DNA of 64,000 nt from Eledone cirrhosa (taxonomy: Eukaryota). The DNA is taken from the NCBI GenBank assembly GCA_964016885.1, contig OZ024744.1, positions 125,302,001-125,366,000 on the forward strand, written 5' to 3'. Each line of letters starts with the position of its first letter. The first letter of the stretch is position 1. Below the pieces are notes generated by a model, which was not told the DNA's origin, ran no database searches, and saw nothing but the letters and a program-made list of their open reading frames with translations. Below, piece after piece: positions 36,001 to 55,131 of this stretch. The translations under genes and the position numbers were made by a program.

Positions 36001-38880
36001 ATATCTCGGTGGTAGTAGCAAATATTCGAACGAGACATTCGTATGCGAAAGAACGTTTGTCTGGAAGTGGCGATCCATGCCCGGTGGATAGTTGGTTCCG
36101 GGTTTTACTATGATTGTTGCAAAACAGAAACTTAAAGGGATTGACAGAATTTGCGATTCCGGAGAGGGGGCGATCCGTCTGCTTGATTCCGATAACGAAC
36201 GAGACATTCGTATCCGAAAGAACGTTTGTCTGGAAACTGGTGAGTCAGTGAGTCGAAAAAAAAATATCTCGGTGGTAGTAGCAAATATTCGAACGAGACA
36301 TTCGTATGCGAAAGAAAAATATCTCGGTGGTAGTAGCAAATATTCGAACGAGACATTCGTATGCGAAAGAACGTTTGTCTGGAAGTGGCGATCCATGCCC
36401 GGTGGATAGTTGGTTCCGGGTTTTACTATGATTGTTGCAAAACAGAAACTTAAAGGGATTGACAGGATTTGCGATTCCGGAGAGGGGGCGATCCGTCTGC
36501 TTGATTCCGATAACGAACGAGACATTCGTATCCGAAAGAACGTTTGTCTGGAAACTGGTGAGTCAGTGAGTCGAAAAAAAAATATCTCGGTGGTAGTAGC
36601 AAATATTCGTATGCGAAAGAAAAGATCTCGGTGGTAGTAGCAAATATTCGAACGAGACATTCGTAGGCGAAAGAAAAATATCTCGGTGGTAGTAGCAAAT
36701 ATTCGAACGAGACATTCGTATGCGAAAGAACGTTTGTCGGTGGTAGTAGCAAATATTCGAACGAGACATTCGTATGCGAAAGAACGTTTGTCTGGAAGTG
36801 GCGATCCATGCTCGGTGGATAGTTGGTTCCGGGTTTTACTATGATTGTTGCAAAACAGAAACTTAAAGGGATTGACAGAATTTGCGATTCCGGAGAGGGG
36901 GCGATCCGTCTGCTTGATTCCGATAACGAACGAGACATTCGTATCCGAAAGAACGTTTGTCTGGAAACTGGTGAGTCAGTGAGTCGAAAAAAAAATATCT
37001 CGGTGGTAGTAGCAAATATTCGAACGAGACATTCGTATGCGAAAGAACGTTTGTCGGTGGTAGTAGCAAATATTCGAACGAGACATTCGTATGCGAAAGA
37101 ACGTTTGTCTGGAAGTGGCGATCCATGCCCGGTGGATAGTTGGTTCCGGGTTTTACTATGATTGTTGCAAAACAAAAACTTAAAGGGATTGACAGAATTT
37201 GCGATTCCGGAGAGAGGGCGATCCGTCTGCTTGATTCCGATAACGAACGAGACATTCGTATCCGAAAGAACGTTTGTCTGGAAACTGGTGAGTCAGTGAG
37301 TCGAAAAAAAAAATATCTCGGTGGTAGTAGCAAATATTCGAACGAGACATTCGTATGCGAAAGAACGTTTGTCGGTGGTAGTAGCAAATATTCGAACGAG
37401 ACATTCGTATGCGAAAGAACGTTTGTCGGTGGTAGTAGCAAATATTCGAACGAGACATTCGTATGCGAAAGAACGTTTGTCGGTGGTAGTAGCAAATATT
37501 CGAACGAGACATTCGTATGCGAAAGAACGTTTGTCTGGAAGTGGCGATCCATGCCCGGTGGATAGTTGGTTCCGGGTTTTACTATGATTGTTGCAAAACA
37601 GAAACTTAAAGGGATTGACAGAATTTGCCATTCCGGAGAGGGGGCGATCCGTCTGCTTGATTCCGATAACGAACGAGACATTCGTATCCGAAAGAACGTT
37701 TGTCTGGAAACTGGTGAGTCAGTGAGTCGAAAAAAAAATATCTCGGTGGTAGTAGCAAATATTCGAACGAGACATTCGTATTCGAAAGAACGTTTGTCTG
37801 GAAGTTGCGATCCATGCCCGGTGGATAGTTGGTTCCGGGCTTTACTATGATTGTTGCAAAACAGAAACTTAAAGGGATTGACAGAATTTGCGATTCCGGA
37901 GAGGGGGCGATCCGTCTGCTTGATTTCGATAACGAACGAGACATTCGTATCCGAAAGAACGTTTGTCTGGAAACTGGTGAGTCAGTGAGTCGAAAAAAAA
38001 AATATCTCGGTGGTAGTAGCAAATATTCGAACGAGACATTCGTATGCGAAAGAACGTTTGTCGGTGGTAGTAGCAAATATTCGAACGAGACATTCGTATG
38101 CGAAAGAACGTTTGTCGGTGGTAGTAGCAAATATTCGAACGAGACATTCGTATGCGAAAGAACGTTTGTCTGGAAGTGGCGATCCATGCCCGGTGGATAG
38201 TTGGTTCCGGGTTTTACTATGATTGTTGCAAAACAGAAACTTAAAGGGATTGACAGAATTTGCGATTCCAGAGAGAGGGCGATCCGTCTGCTTGATTCCG
38301 ATAACGAACGAGACATTCGTATCCGAAAGAACGTTTGTCTGGAAACTGGTGAGTCAGTGAGTCGAAAAAAAAATATCTCGGTGGTAGTAGCAAATATTCG
38401 AACGAGACATTCGTATGCGAAAGAACGTTTGTCTGGAAGTGGCGATCCATGCTCGGTGGATAGTTGGTTCCGGGTTTTACTATGATTGTTGCAAAACAGA
38501 AACTTAAAGGGATTGACAGAATTTGCGATTCCGGAGAGGGGGCGATCCGTCTGCTTGATTCCGATAACGAACGAGACATTCGTATCCGAAAGAACGTTTG
38601 TCTGGAAACTGGTGAGTCAGTGAGTCGAAAAAAAAATATCTCGGTGGTAGTAGCAAATATTCGTATGCGAAAGAAAAGATCTCGGTGGTAGTAGCAAATA
38701 TTCGAACGAGACATTCGTATGCGAAAGAAAAATATCTCGGTGGTAGTAGCAAATATTCGAACGAGACATTCGTATTCGAAAGAACGTTTGTCTGGAAGTT
38801 GCGATCCATGCCCGGTGGATAGTTGGTTCCGGGCTTTACTATGATTGTTGCAAAACAGAAACTTAAAGGAATTGACAGAA
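33098..38880 (+). repeat. Complete rRNA-derived mosaic satellite array (~16 large monomers, each with 1-5 copies of the 54-bp subunit)
   Basis: Monomer markers at 33348, 33815, 34132, 34550, 34813, 35293, 35773, 36092, 36410, 36823, 37140, 37566, 37829, 38201, 38464 and ~38820. Confidence 0.92.
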
Positions 38881-38910
38881 TTTTCGAATCGACATCAACT
38901 CGGCTACGGC

Positions 38911-39249
38911 TATCCCGTCGAGTACGAGAGTATCGCGGGATCAGAGCAACGGTTTGCTAGGCTGCCTCTGAGCGATAACGGCTGAACGCCTCCTCTAAGC
39001 CGGAACCCTAGCCGGACCCGAGTTGTTTTTCGACAAGCGTCTCGACCTTCTTAAGGCCCATGCCTTAGTTTGGCGATTGCCGTCCGTTCGCCGACGGCGG
39101 CAGCGTCAGCGGAAATGCCATTCTGTGACGACTACGACGATTCGTCGTCCATTCGATTTCCTGAAAGAGATAGAGACTAAAGTGATCAAATTGTTCGGAG
39201 TTACGTGCTTAGTAGAGCAGCTACCACACTGCAATCTATTGAGAGTTTT
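38911..39249 (+). pseudogene. Divergent 28S rRNA 3'-terminal region (copy 2)
   Basis: Same as 1393-1740 except for a 9-bp shorter (GTC)n tract. Confidence 0.85.
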
Positions 39250-40682
39250 CTGACGAACGATACAATCCGCCCACGTGGCGCCAGAAAGGGAGAAGAAAAG
39301 AAAAGTTAGACGCCGCCGATCGATCGGTTCGTTGTTTTACGTGTACACAGCTTGTGTGTGTGTCTGTATGTGATACAAGCCGCCTATCCGTCTTCCAAGT
39401 AAGTTTTGTGTGTAGACTGCGGAAAGAAATCCAATCCGCCGTCTAGGCGGTTCTGCCGCCGACCCATACTTTTGCGAGTCGCTCCCGGGAAAGACAGGCG
39501 GCAAGACGGCGTGTATACACGACGCCTTCCGTCTTCCGCCTCGAACCCGGCAAACGTTCCTTTATTCGTCCACGCCTTCCCGCTTCGATCGCGAGAAAGT
39601 AATCAATCTGTTTTGTGTGTGTGTCTGTGTGTGATACAAATTTGTTTTCTTAATTTGATAACCATGAATTGTTTCAACACCGGCCCTTTTAAGGGCCACT
39701 TATATTTTCAATAATCAGTTTAAATGGGTTGCACCGTAGCCACTTGGTAATACACTGCAAATCTCCCGTCAATCTATGAAGGTTTTGTAGTAGATTAGAT
39801 CAAAACACAATCAGCAAGACAGTAATGGAATGAATAATATAAACATTTGTTTATAATTAAAGCCTTAAGATGTCCCTCCCTCCCTCCCTTCCTTCCTTCC
39901 TTCCTTCCTTCCTTCCTTCCTTCCTTACGATATACACTTTAATAACATTGAAACTTATTTAATAAGTTTAAATTTTAAACACTTTTTATTCAGACGTACC
40001 GCGATAAGTAACTAGATATGTTCTAACGAATAATCCGCGATGTGGCGAGGATTACCGCGATAGGAAATTAGATACGTTCCAAAGAAATATCCGCGAAAAG
40101 TGAACCGCGATATAGCGGGTTCACCAGCCAGTGTATTACTGGTACTTTATTTTATCGACCCCCATAAGGATGAAAGGCAAAGTTAACTGTGCAATAACAA
40201 AGGGAGATAACCTCGTCTTTTTTTTTTTACGGAGTTATTTCCCTTTAAATTTTATCTATTACTTATGATGATACAATTTAATCAGTTCTTAGCTGTCGAG
40301 ACACTGCATCCTTTAAAACCTCCATGGAACAAGCTACCTGCAACAGTTGTTAGCTGTCGAGACACTGCATCTTTTAAAACCTCCATGGAACAAACTACCT
40401 GCATCAGTTGTTAGGGTCTGAGTTCAAATCACGCCGAGGAGGTTAACTTTGCCTTTCATCCTTACGGGGTCGGTCGGAAAACGAACCATTCCCGGTTCGC
40501 TTTCGAAGCGGGTTTCCGAAAACAGCGCTTCTCTCGACCGGGCCCGTCGTCCGCTCGGCGGTGGTTTTCATCGTCCCAGGCACGGCTAACAGGCGGAGAC
40601 GGGACAAACGCGCGTGTTCCTTTTTTTATCAGCCGCAGCGCCGTTCGTATATATGCTTAGGTTGTTTTTTTTTTAAATATCC

Positions 40683-40914
40683 TAAGTTAAGTTGGGGCTA
40701 AGTTAAGTTGGGGCTAAGTTAAGTTGAGGTTAAGTTGAGTTGGGGTTAAGTTAAGTGGGGGTTAAGTTAAGCTGGGGTTAAGTTAAGTTGAGGTTAAGTT
40801 AAGTTGGGGTTAAGTCAAGTTGGGGTTAAGTTAAGTTGGGGTTAAGTTAGGTTGGGGTTAAGTTAGGTTGGGGTTAAGTTAAGTTGGGGTTAAGTTAGGT
40901 TGCGGTTAAGTTAC
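40683..40914 (+). repeat. G-rich degenerate telomere-like repeat (copy 2)
   Basis: Matches 3179-3410. Confidence 0.8.
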
Positions 40915-43900
40915 ATTCGCCGCCGGACTTCAGCTTCCTCATTTAGCATGGGCAGTTTTTCTTGAAAATCACACCACACACAGCGATCGTGGGCCGGCCG
41001 GATGTTGACGGATCGATGTGTAATTAGAAGTACATGTGCGGACACTCATTGGCTGTGCGTGGTATGCATTTCAGCAAGATATCTCCGTAACATCAAGAGT
41101 TATGGCTGTGGAGGCACACCTAGTCAAACGTAAACAAGGTCTGGAGCGTTTACGCTTCGCGATTTTGTTTACGTTTGACTAGGTGTGCCTCCACAGCCAC
41201 AACTCTTGATGTTACGGAGATATCTTGCTGAAATGCATACCGAGCACAGCCAATGAGTGTCCGCACATGTACTTCTAATTACACATCGATCCGTCAACAT
41301 CCGGCCGGCCCACGATCGACGCACAGGGCCGGATGGCCCGTTTTCAGTGAATTTTCACCGGAATCGATCTGTAATTACTGGTACATGTGCGGAGACACAT
41401 TTGCTGTGTGTGGTGTGATTTTCAAGAAAAACTGCCCATGCTAAATGAGGAAGCTGAAGTCCGCCGGCGAATGGTGTGCTTCGAAGAAAACTAATTCGAA
41501 AATGACCGTTTGCAGGCGGAGTAACCTTTTCGATCGTGGGCCAGCCGCCCGTGGTGGGATCCATCTGTAATTACTGGTACATGTGCGGACATACATTTGC
41601 TGTGTGTGGTGTGATTTTCAAGAAGAACTGCCCATGCTAAATGAGGAAGCTGAAGTCCGCCGGCGAATGGTGTGCTTCGAAGAAAACTAATTCGAAAATG
41701 ACCGTTTGCAGGCGGGGTAACCTTTTCGATCGTGGGCCAGCCGCCCGTGGTGGGATCCATCTGTAATTACTGGTACATGTGCGGACACACATTTGCTGTG
41801 TGTGGTGTGATTTTCGAGAAAGACTGCCCATGCTAAATGAGGAAGCTGAAGTCCGCCGGCGAATGGTGTGCTTCGAAGAAAACTAATTCGAAAATGACTA
41901 TTTGCCGGCGGAATCACCTTTTCGGTCCTGGTCCGGCCGGATCTTGCCGGATCGATCGGAAATTTGTGGACCATGTTCGGAAGGCCATTGTGCATGTGTG
42001 GTGAAAAAAATTTGTGTCGAAATCTTCTCGGAAAATAACGGATCGCCGGCGGAGATTGCCATTTCGATCGTGGGCCGGCCGGATCTTGTCGGATCGATTC
42101 GGACATATGTGCATCGTGTTCGCAAGGCCCTTGTCTATGTGTGGTGTGATTTTCATAAAGAAATTCCGAAAAACCCAGTTTTAAATCTGATTTCGCCAAA
42201 GAATTTTGGCTATCAGATCGGGTTGAAAGGTATGGTTTCAGGTCGATCTGAAAGTCTAAAATGGAATTCACTCGGTTAGCTAACTATTGATATATCGGAG
42301 ATATCTTTCTGAAAATCACACCACACACTCCCAATGAGTGTCTGCACATGTACCAGTAATTACAGATGGATCCCACCACGGGCGGCCGGCCCACGATCGA
42401 AAAGGTTACTCCGAAGCACACCATTCGCCGGCGGAATTCATTTAGCATGGGCAGTTTTTCTCGAAAATCACACCACACACAGCCAAAGAGTGTCCGCACA
42501 TGTACCAGTAATTACAGATGGATCCCACCACGGGCGGCTGGCCCACGATCGAAAAGGTTACTCCGCCTGCAAACGGTCATTTTCGAATTCGTTTTCTTCG
42601 AAGCACACGATTCGCCGGCGGACTTCAGCTGCCTCATTTAGCATGGGCAGTTTTTCTCGAAAATCACACCACACACAGCAAATGTGTGTCCGCACATGTA
42701 CCAGTAATTACAGATCGATTCCGGTGAAAATTCACTGAAAACGGGCCATTCGGCCCTGTGCGTCGATCGTGGGCCGGCCGTATGTTGACGGATCGATGTG
42801 TAATTAGAAGTACATGTGCGGACACTCATTGGCTGTGCGTGGTATGCATTTCAGCAAGATATCTCCGTAACATCAAGAGTTATGGCTGTGGAGGCACACC
42901 TAGTCAAACGTAAACAAGCTCTGGAGCGTATACGCTTCGCGATTTTGTTTACGTTTGACTAGGTGTGCCTCCACAGCCACAACTCTTGATGTTACGGAGA
43001 TATCTTGCTGAAATGCATACCACGCACAGCCAATGAGTGTCCGCACATGTACTTCTAATTACACATCGATCCGTCAACATCCGGCCGGCCCACGATCGAC
43101 GCACAGGGCCGGATGGCCCGTTTGCAGTGAATTTTCACCGGAATCGATCTGTAATTACTGGTACATGTGCGGACACACATTTGCTATGTGTGGTGTGATT
43201 TTCACGAAAAACTGCCCATGCTAAATGAGGAAGCTGAAGTCCGCCGGCGAATGGTGTGCTTCGAAGAAAACTAATTCGAAAATGACCGTTTGCAGGCGGA
43301 GTAACCTTTTCGATCGTGGGCCAGCCGCCCGTGGTGGGATACATCTGTAATTACTGGTACATGTGCGGACACACATTTGCTGTGTGTGGTGTGATTTTCG
43401 AGAAAGACTGCCCATGCTAAATGAGGAAGCTGAAGTCCGCCGGCGAATGGTGTGCTTCGAAGAAAACTAATTCGAAAATGACTATTTGCCGGCGGAATCA
43501 CCTTTTCGGTCCTGGTCCGGCCGGATCTTGCCGGATCGATCGGAAATTTGTGGACCATGTTCGGAAGGCCATTGTGCATGTGTGGTGAAAAGAATTTGTG
43601 TCGAAATCTTCTCGGAAAATAACGGATCGCCGGCGGAGATTGCCATTTCGATCGTGGGCCGGCCGGATCTTGTCGGATCGATTCGGACATATGTGCATCG
43701 TGTTCGCAAGGCCCTTGTCTATGTGTGGTGTGATTTTCATAAAGAAATTCCGAAAAACCCAGTTTTAAATCTGATTTCGCCAAAGAATTTTGGCTATCAG
43801 ATCGGGTTGAAAGGTATGGTTTCAGGTCGATCTGAAAGTCTAAAATGGAATTCACTCGGTTAGCTAACTATTGATATATCGGAGATATCTTTCTGAAAAT

Positions 43901-45855
43901 CACACCACACACTCCCAATGAGTGTCTGCACATTTACCAGTAATTACAGATGGATCCCACCACGGGCGGCCGGCCCACGATCGAAAAGGTTACTCCGAAG
44001 CACACCATTCGCCGGCGGAATTCATTTAGCATGGGCAGTTTTTCTCGAAAATCACACCACACACAGCCAATGAGTGTCCTCACATGTACCAGTAATTACA
44101 GATGGATCCCACCACGGGCGGCTGGCCCACGATCGAAAAGGTTACTCCGCCTGCAAACGGTCATTTTCGAATTCGTTTTCTTCGAAGCACACGATTCGCC
44201 GGCGGACTTCAGCTGCCTCATTTAGCATGGGCAGTTTTTCTCGAAAATCACACCACACACAGCAAATGTGTGTCCGCACATGTACCAGTAATTACAGATC
44301 GATTCCGGTGAAAATTCACTGAAAACGGGCCATTCGGCCCTGTGCGTCGATCGTGGGCCGGCCGGATGTTGACGGATCGATGTGTAATTAGAAGTACATG
44401 TGCGGACACTCATTGGCTGTGCGTGGTATGCATTTCAGCAAGATATCTCCGTAACATCAAGAGTTATGGCTGTGGAGGCACACCTAGTCAAACGTAAACA
44501 AGCTCTGGAGCGTATACGCTTCGCGATTTTGTTTACGTTTGACTAGGTGTGCCTCCACAGCCACAACTCTTGATGTTACGGAGATATCTTGCTGAAATGC
44601 ATACCACGCACAGCCAATGAGTGTCCGCACATGTACTTCTAATTACACATCGATCCGTCAACATCCGGCCGGCCCACGATCGACGCACAGGGCCGGATGG
44701 CCCGTTTTCAGTGAATTTTCACCGGAATCGATCTGTAATTACTGGTACATGTGCGGACACACATTTGCTGTGTGTGGTGTGATTTTCACGAAAAACTGCC
44801 CATGCTAAATGAGGAAGCTGAAGTCCGCCGGCGAATGGTGTGCTTCGAAGAAAACTAATTCGAAAATGACCGTTTGCAGGCGGAGTAACCTTTTCGATCG
44901 TGGGCCAGCCGCCCGTGGTGGGATACATCTGTAATTACTGGTACATGTGCGGACACACATTTGCTGTGTGTGGTGTGATTTTCGAGAAAGACTGCCCATG
45001 CTAAATGAGGAAGCTGAAGTCCGCCGGCGAATGGTGTGCTTCGAAGAAAACTAATTCGAAAATGACTATTTGCCGGCGGAATCACCTTTTCGGTCCTGGT
45101 CCGGCCGGATCTTGCCGGATCGATCGGAAATTTGTGGACCATGTTCGGAAGGCCATTGTGCATGTGTGGTGAAAAAAATTTGTGTCGAAATCTTCTCGGA
45201 AAATAACGGATCGCCGGCGGAGATTGCCATTTCGATCGTGGGCCGGCCGGATCTTGTCGGATCGATTCGGACATATGTGCATCGTGTTCGCAAGGCCCTT
45301 GTCTATGTGTGGTGTGATTTTCATAAAGAAATTCCGAAAAACCCAGTTTTAAATCTGATTTCGCCAAAGAATTTTGGCTATCAGATCGGGTTGAAAGGTA
45401 TGGTTTCAGGTCGATCTGAAAGTCTAAAATGGAATTCACTCGGTTAGCTAACTTTTGATATATCGGAGATATCTTTCTGAAAATCACACCACACACTCCC
45501 AATGAGTGTCTGCACATGTACCAGTAATTACAGATGGATCCCACCACGGGCGGCCGGCCCACGATCGAAAAGGTTACTCCGAAGCACACCATTCGCCGGC
45601 GGACTTCATTTAGCATGGGCAGTTTTTCTTGAAGATCACACCACACACAGCCAATCAGTGTCCGCACATGTACCAGTAATTACAGATGGATCCCACCACG
45701 GGCGGCTGGCCCACGATCGAAAAGGTTACTCCGCCTGCAAACGGTCATTTTCGAATTCGTTTTCTTCGAAGCACACCATTCGCCGGCGGACTTCAGCTGC
45801 CTCATTTAGCATGGGCAGTTTTTCTCGAAAATCACACCACACACAGCCAATGAGT
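40915..45855. repeat. Palindromic higher-order satellite (copy 2)
   Basis: Centres at ~41150, 42930 and 44515 (spacing 1780 and 1584); ~85-bp deletion in the first arm at ~40985; right end differs from copy 1. Confidence 0.92.
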
Positions 45856-45897
45856 TTAAAATACTCACCGTTTGATTTGGAAAAACTTAAAATGCTC

Positions 45898-45930
45898 ACA
45901 TATATATGTGTATGTATTTATCTATGCATG

Positions 45931-45972
<42 letters not shown>

Positions 45973-46439
45973 TATGTATTTATCTATGTATTTATCTATA
46001 TGCATGGATATATATATATATATATATATTTATCTATGTATTTATCTATATGCATGGATATATATATATATATATATGTATTTATCTATGCATGTATGAA
46101 TATATAAAATATATATATATATATATGTGTGTATGTATTTATCTATGCATGTATGAATATATAAAATATATATATATATATATATGTATGTATTTATCTA
46201 TGCATGTATATATATATAAAATATATACATAAATATATATATATATGTATTTATCTATGCATGTGTGCATACATATATATATATATATGTATTTATCTAT
46301 ACATGTATGTATATATATATATATACATATATAAGTATTTATCTATACATGTATGTATATATATATATACATATATATGTATTTATCTATACATGTATGT
46401 ATATATATATATATGTATATAAGTATTTATCTATACATG

Positions 46440-46479
<40 letters not shown>

Positions 46480-46970
46480 AGTATTTATCTATACATGTAT
46501 GTATATATAAAATATTGTCATGTTTACAAAAATATTTTTCTAATATCGTGTTTAATATTTTATATTGTCGTCTGCTTCTCTTCTCACGTGGTTACTTACT
46601 CTCTCACCCTCTCTCTCTTTCCCCTCTCATACAACCCCTTCTTTCTCTTTCTTTCCCCTCTCACACAACCTCTTCTTTCTCTCTCTTTTTGCCAGTCCCT
46701 TCTCTCACTCTCTCTCCCTCTTCCTTTTTTATCTCTTTCTTTCTGTCTCTGTTTCCCTCCTATAGACATTCTCTCTCTCTCTTTCTGCTCTCACTCAGCC
46801 TTCTCTCTCTTTCCCCTCTCACACAGTCTTCTCTCTCTCTCTTTCCCCTCTCACACAGCATTCTCTCTCTCTCTCTCTCTCTTTCCCCTCTCACACAGCA
46901 TTCTCTCTCTCTCTCTCTCTTTATTTCCCCTCTCACACAGCCTTCTCTCTCTATCTATCTATCTCTCTCT
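45898..46970. repeat. (TA)-rich minisatellite (TATTTATCTATGCATG units) followed by (CT)-rich TTTCCCCTCTCACACAG repeats
   Basis: Directly visible low-complexity tandem repeats. Confidence 0.85.
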
Positions 46971-47139
46971 CTGGAGATTTTTTAACACAAAGTCACACAA
47001 GGATTAGAAAAATGGCGATAATCACTTTGAAAGTAACAATTATGCAATAAATAGTTGTTATTGCCACGTCTCGTATCCTCCTTTGGCAATGTGTAAAATG
47101 TTAGCGAGATCGAGTGAACAATACACAAGTTATAATACT

Positions 47140-47164
47140 TTACAGACGGGACTTATATAGTAGA
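47140..47164 (-). mobile_element. Possible Helitron 5' terminus
   Basis: Reverse complement reads A|TCTACTATATAAGTCCCGTCTGT, a TC start after A as in many non-autonomous Helitrons. Short motif only. Confidence 0.4.
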
Positions 47165-47971
47165 TGTAGCAAAATGCGTAGATTACGATTCTTGAGACGA
47201 GATTAAAATATACGATTAGGGGATACTTTAAGAAGACGAGTAGATGTTTGAGTAGATTTAGCTGCTTTTTCTAGCATTTTTAGTTATACTTTGAAGCACA
47301 TTTTTTTTGTTACTATTATATTAAAAGTTATCTGGTTACGTTATTTGACTGGTATTTCTAGCATTTTACAAGGACCACGTGTGTGTTTTATTTAAGGAAG
47401 ATCTAGTTGTTATTTCTGATATTTTCTTCATCAAGTTAGTTGCTATTTCCTGCATCCTCTTGAAGACAAGAAATAATAATGAATTAGCTGCTGTTTCTAG
47501 TAGGTTCTATGGTAGTGATGAGCGTGGGAGGGGGGTTTGACTGCTATTTTTAGCAGGTTCTAAGGCATTGAGGTTTATGTTTTACGAGAGATTTGGCTGT
47601 TATTTCTAACATGTTATAATGGAGAGAGAGAGAGAGTATAAGATATACAGAGAGAGGGAGTATAAGATATAGAGAGAGGGGAAACGGCCGATGTTTACGT
47701 TGAGAAAACCTAATAAAATTTTATAAATGGGTTTATAAAGAATAGAATGAGATAAACAAGACAAAGTTAGATAAAATAAATCAGCTGTAAGGATATTATA
47801 CGATATATTTATAATATTTTAATATATTTTTCCTGGTCGTCTGCTGCCATTGATAGAGAGAGGAGTGGTGGGAGGTAGCCATAACAACCGTGGTAGCAGC
47901 ACTGAGGTTTGTTTTTAAAGAAGTGAATACAAGAAAAACAAGCAACTAAGAATATTAATCTCTTAAACCCT

Positions 47972-48575
47972 TCAAGATGTGTATGACAAGAAAGAAGACG
48001 TTTTAGAGTCGTATGACATAGATGATAACTGGAAATTCTTACGTGACAACTTACTGCAGGCTACTGAAGAAACTTGTGGCTGGAGCAGAGCTCCGACCAG
48101 ACAGAGAGTGACCTGGTGGTGGGACAACACGGTAGATAAGGCCATTAGAGACAAAAGACTAGCATGGAACACTTGAAAAAATGGTGGGAGTAGAGACCGA
48201 TACACAGCTGCTAAGAGAGAAGCTAGACGTCAGATGTACTTAGCACGCACGGAGGCTGAGAGTAGGAGGTTTGCCAATGTTCTGTGATGGGAAGATCAGA
48301 GGCGTGCGGTGTTCCACATTGCAAGGCATGGTGTCAGTGTAAATCAGGATGTTGTTGGAGATAAGTGTATCCGGAATGATGCCAGTGTACTTGGTGTCAC
48401 GAATGATCAAAAAAAGGAGGCCTGGAAATATCATTATGAGAGGCTGATGAATTGTGGAGAATGAATGGGAGAGAGGGAAACTATCCCCAGTAGACCCAAC
48501 AGAGGGACCAGCTATTGAGATTGGGAAATATAGGGTACAAGAGGCAATTAAGGAAATGAAGAATGGCAAGGCTAC
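47972..48575 (+). mobile_element. Decayed RTE LINE fragment
   Basis: WKFLRDNLLQATEETCGW..TWWWDNTVDKAI and ENEW..EGPAI..AIKEMKNGKA, cut at the TTAA MITE. Confidence 0.8.
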
Positions 48576-48577
48576 AT

Positions 48578-55118
<6,541 letters not shown>

Positions 55119-55131
55119 ATGTCAGGAAAAT

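Noticed and set aside
33388-36038. Long ORFs (425 and 482 aa) and many MVPGFTM.. ORFs in the rRNA satellite
   Set aside because: They result from stop-poor tandem repeats; frames shift with poly-A length and there are no domain motifs.
33200-38800. CRISPR-like regularly repeated 54-bp units
   Set aside because: No unique spacers, no cas genes, eukaryotic context; these are head-to-tail repeats.
32905-39249. Functional 18S/28S rRNA genes
   Set aside because: Most of both molecules is missing, the order is scrambled and the sarcin-ricin loop is altered.
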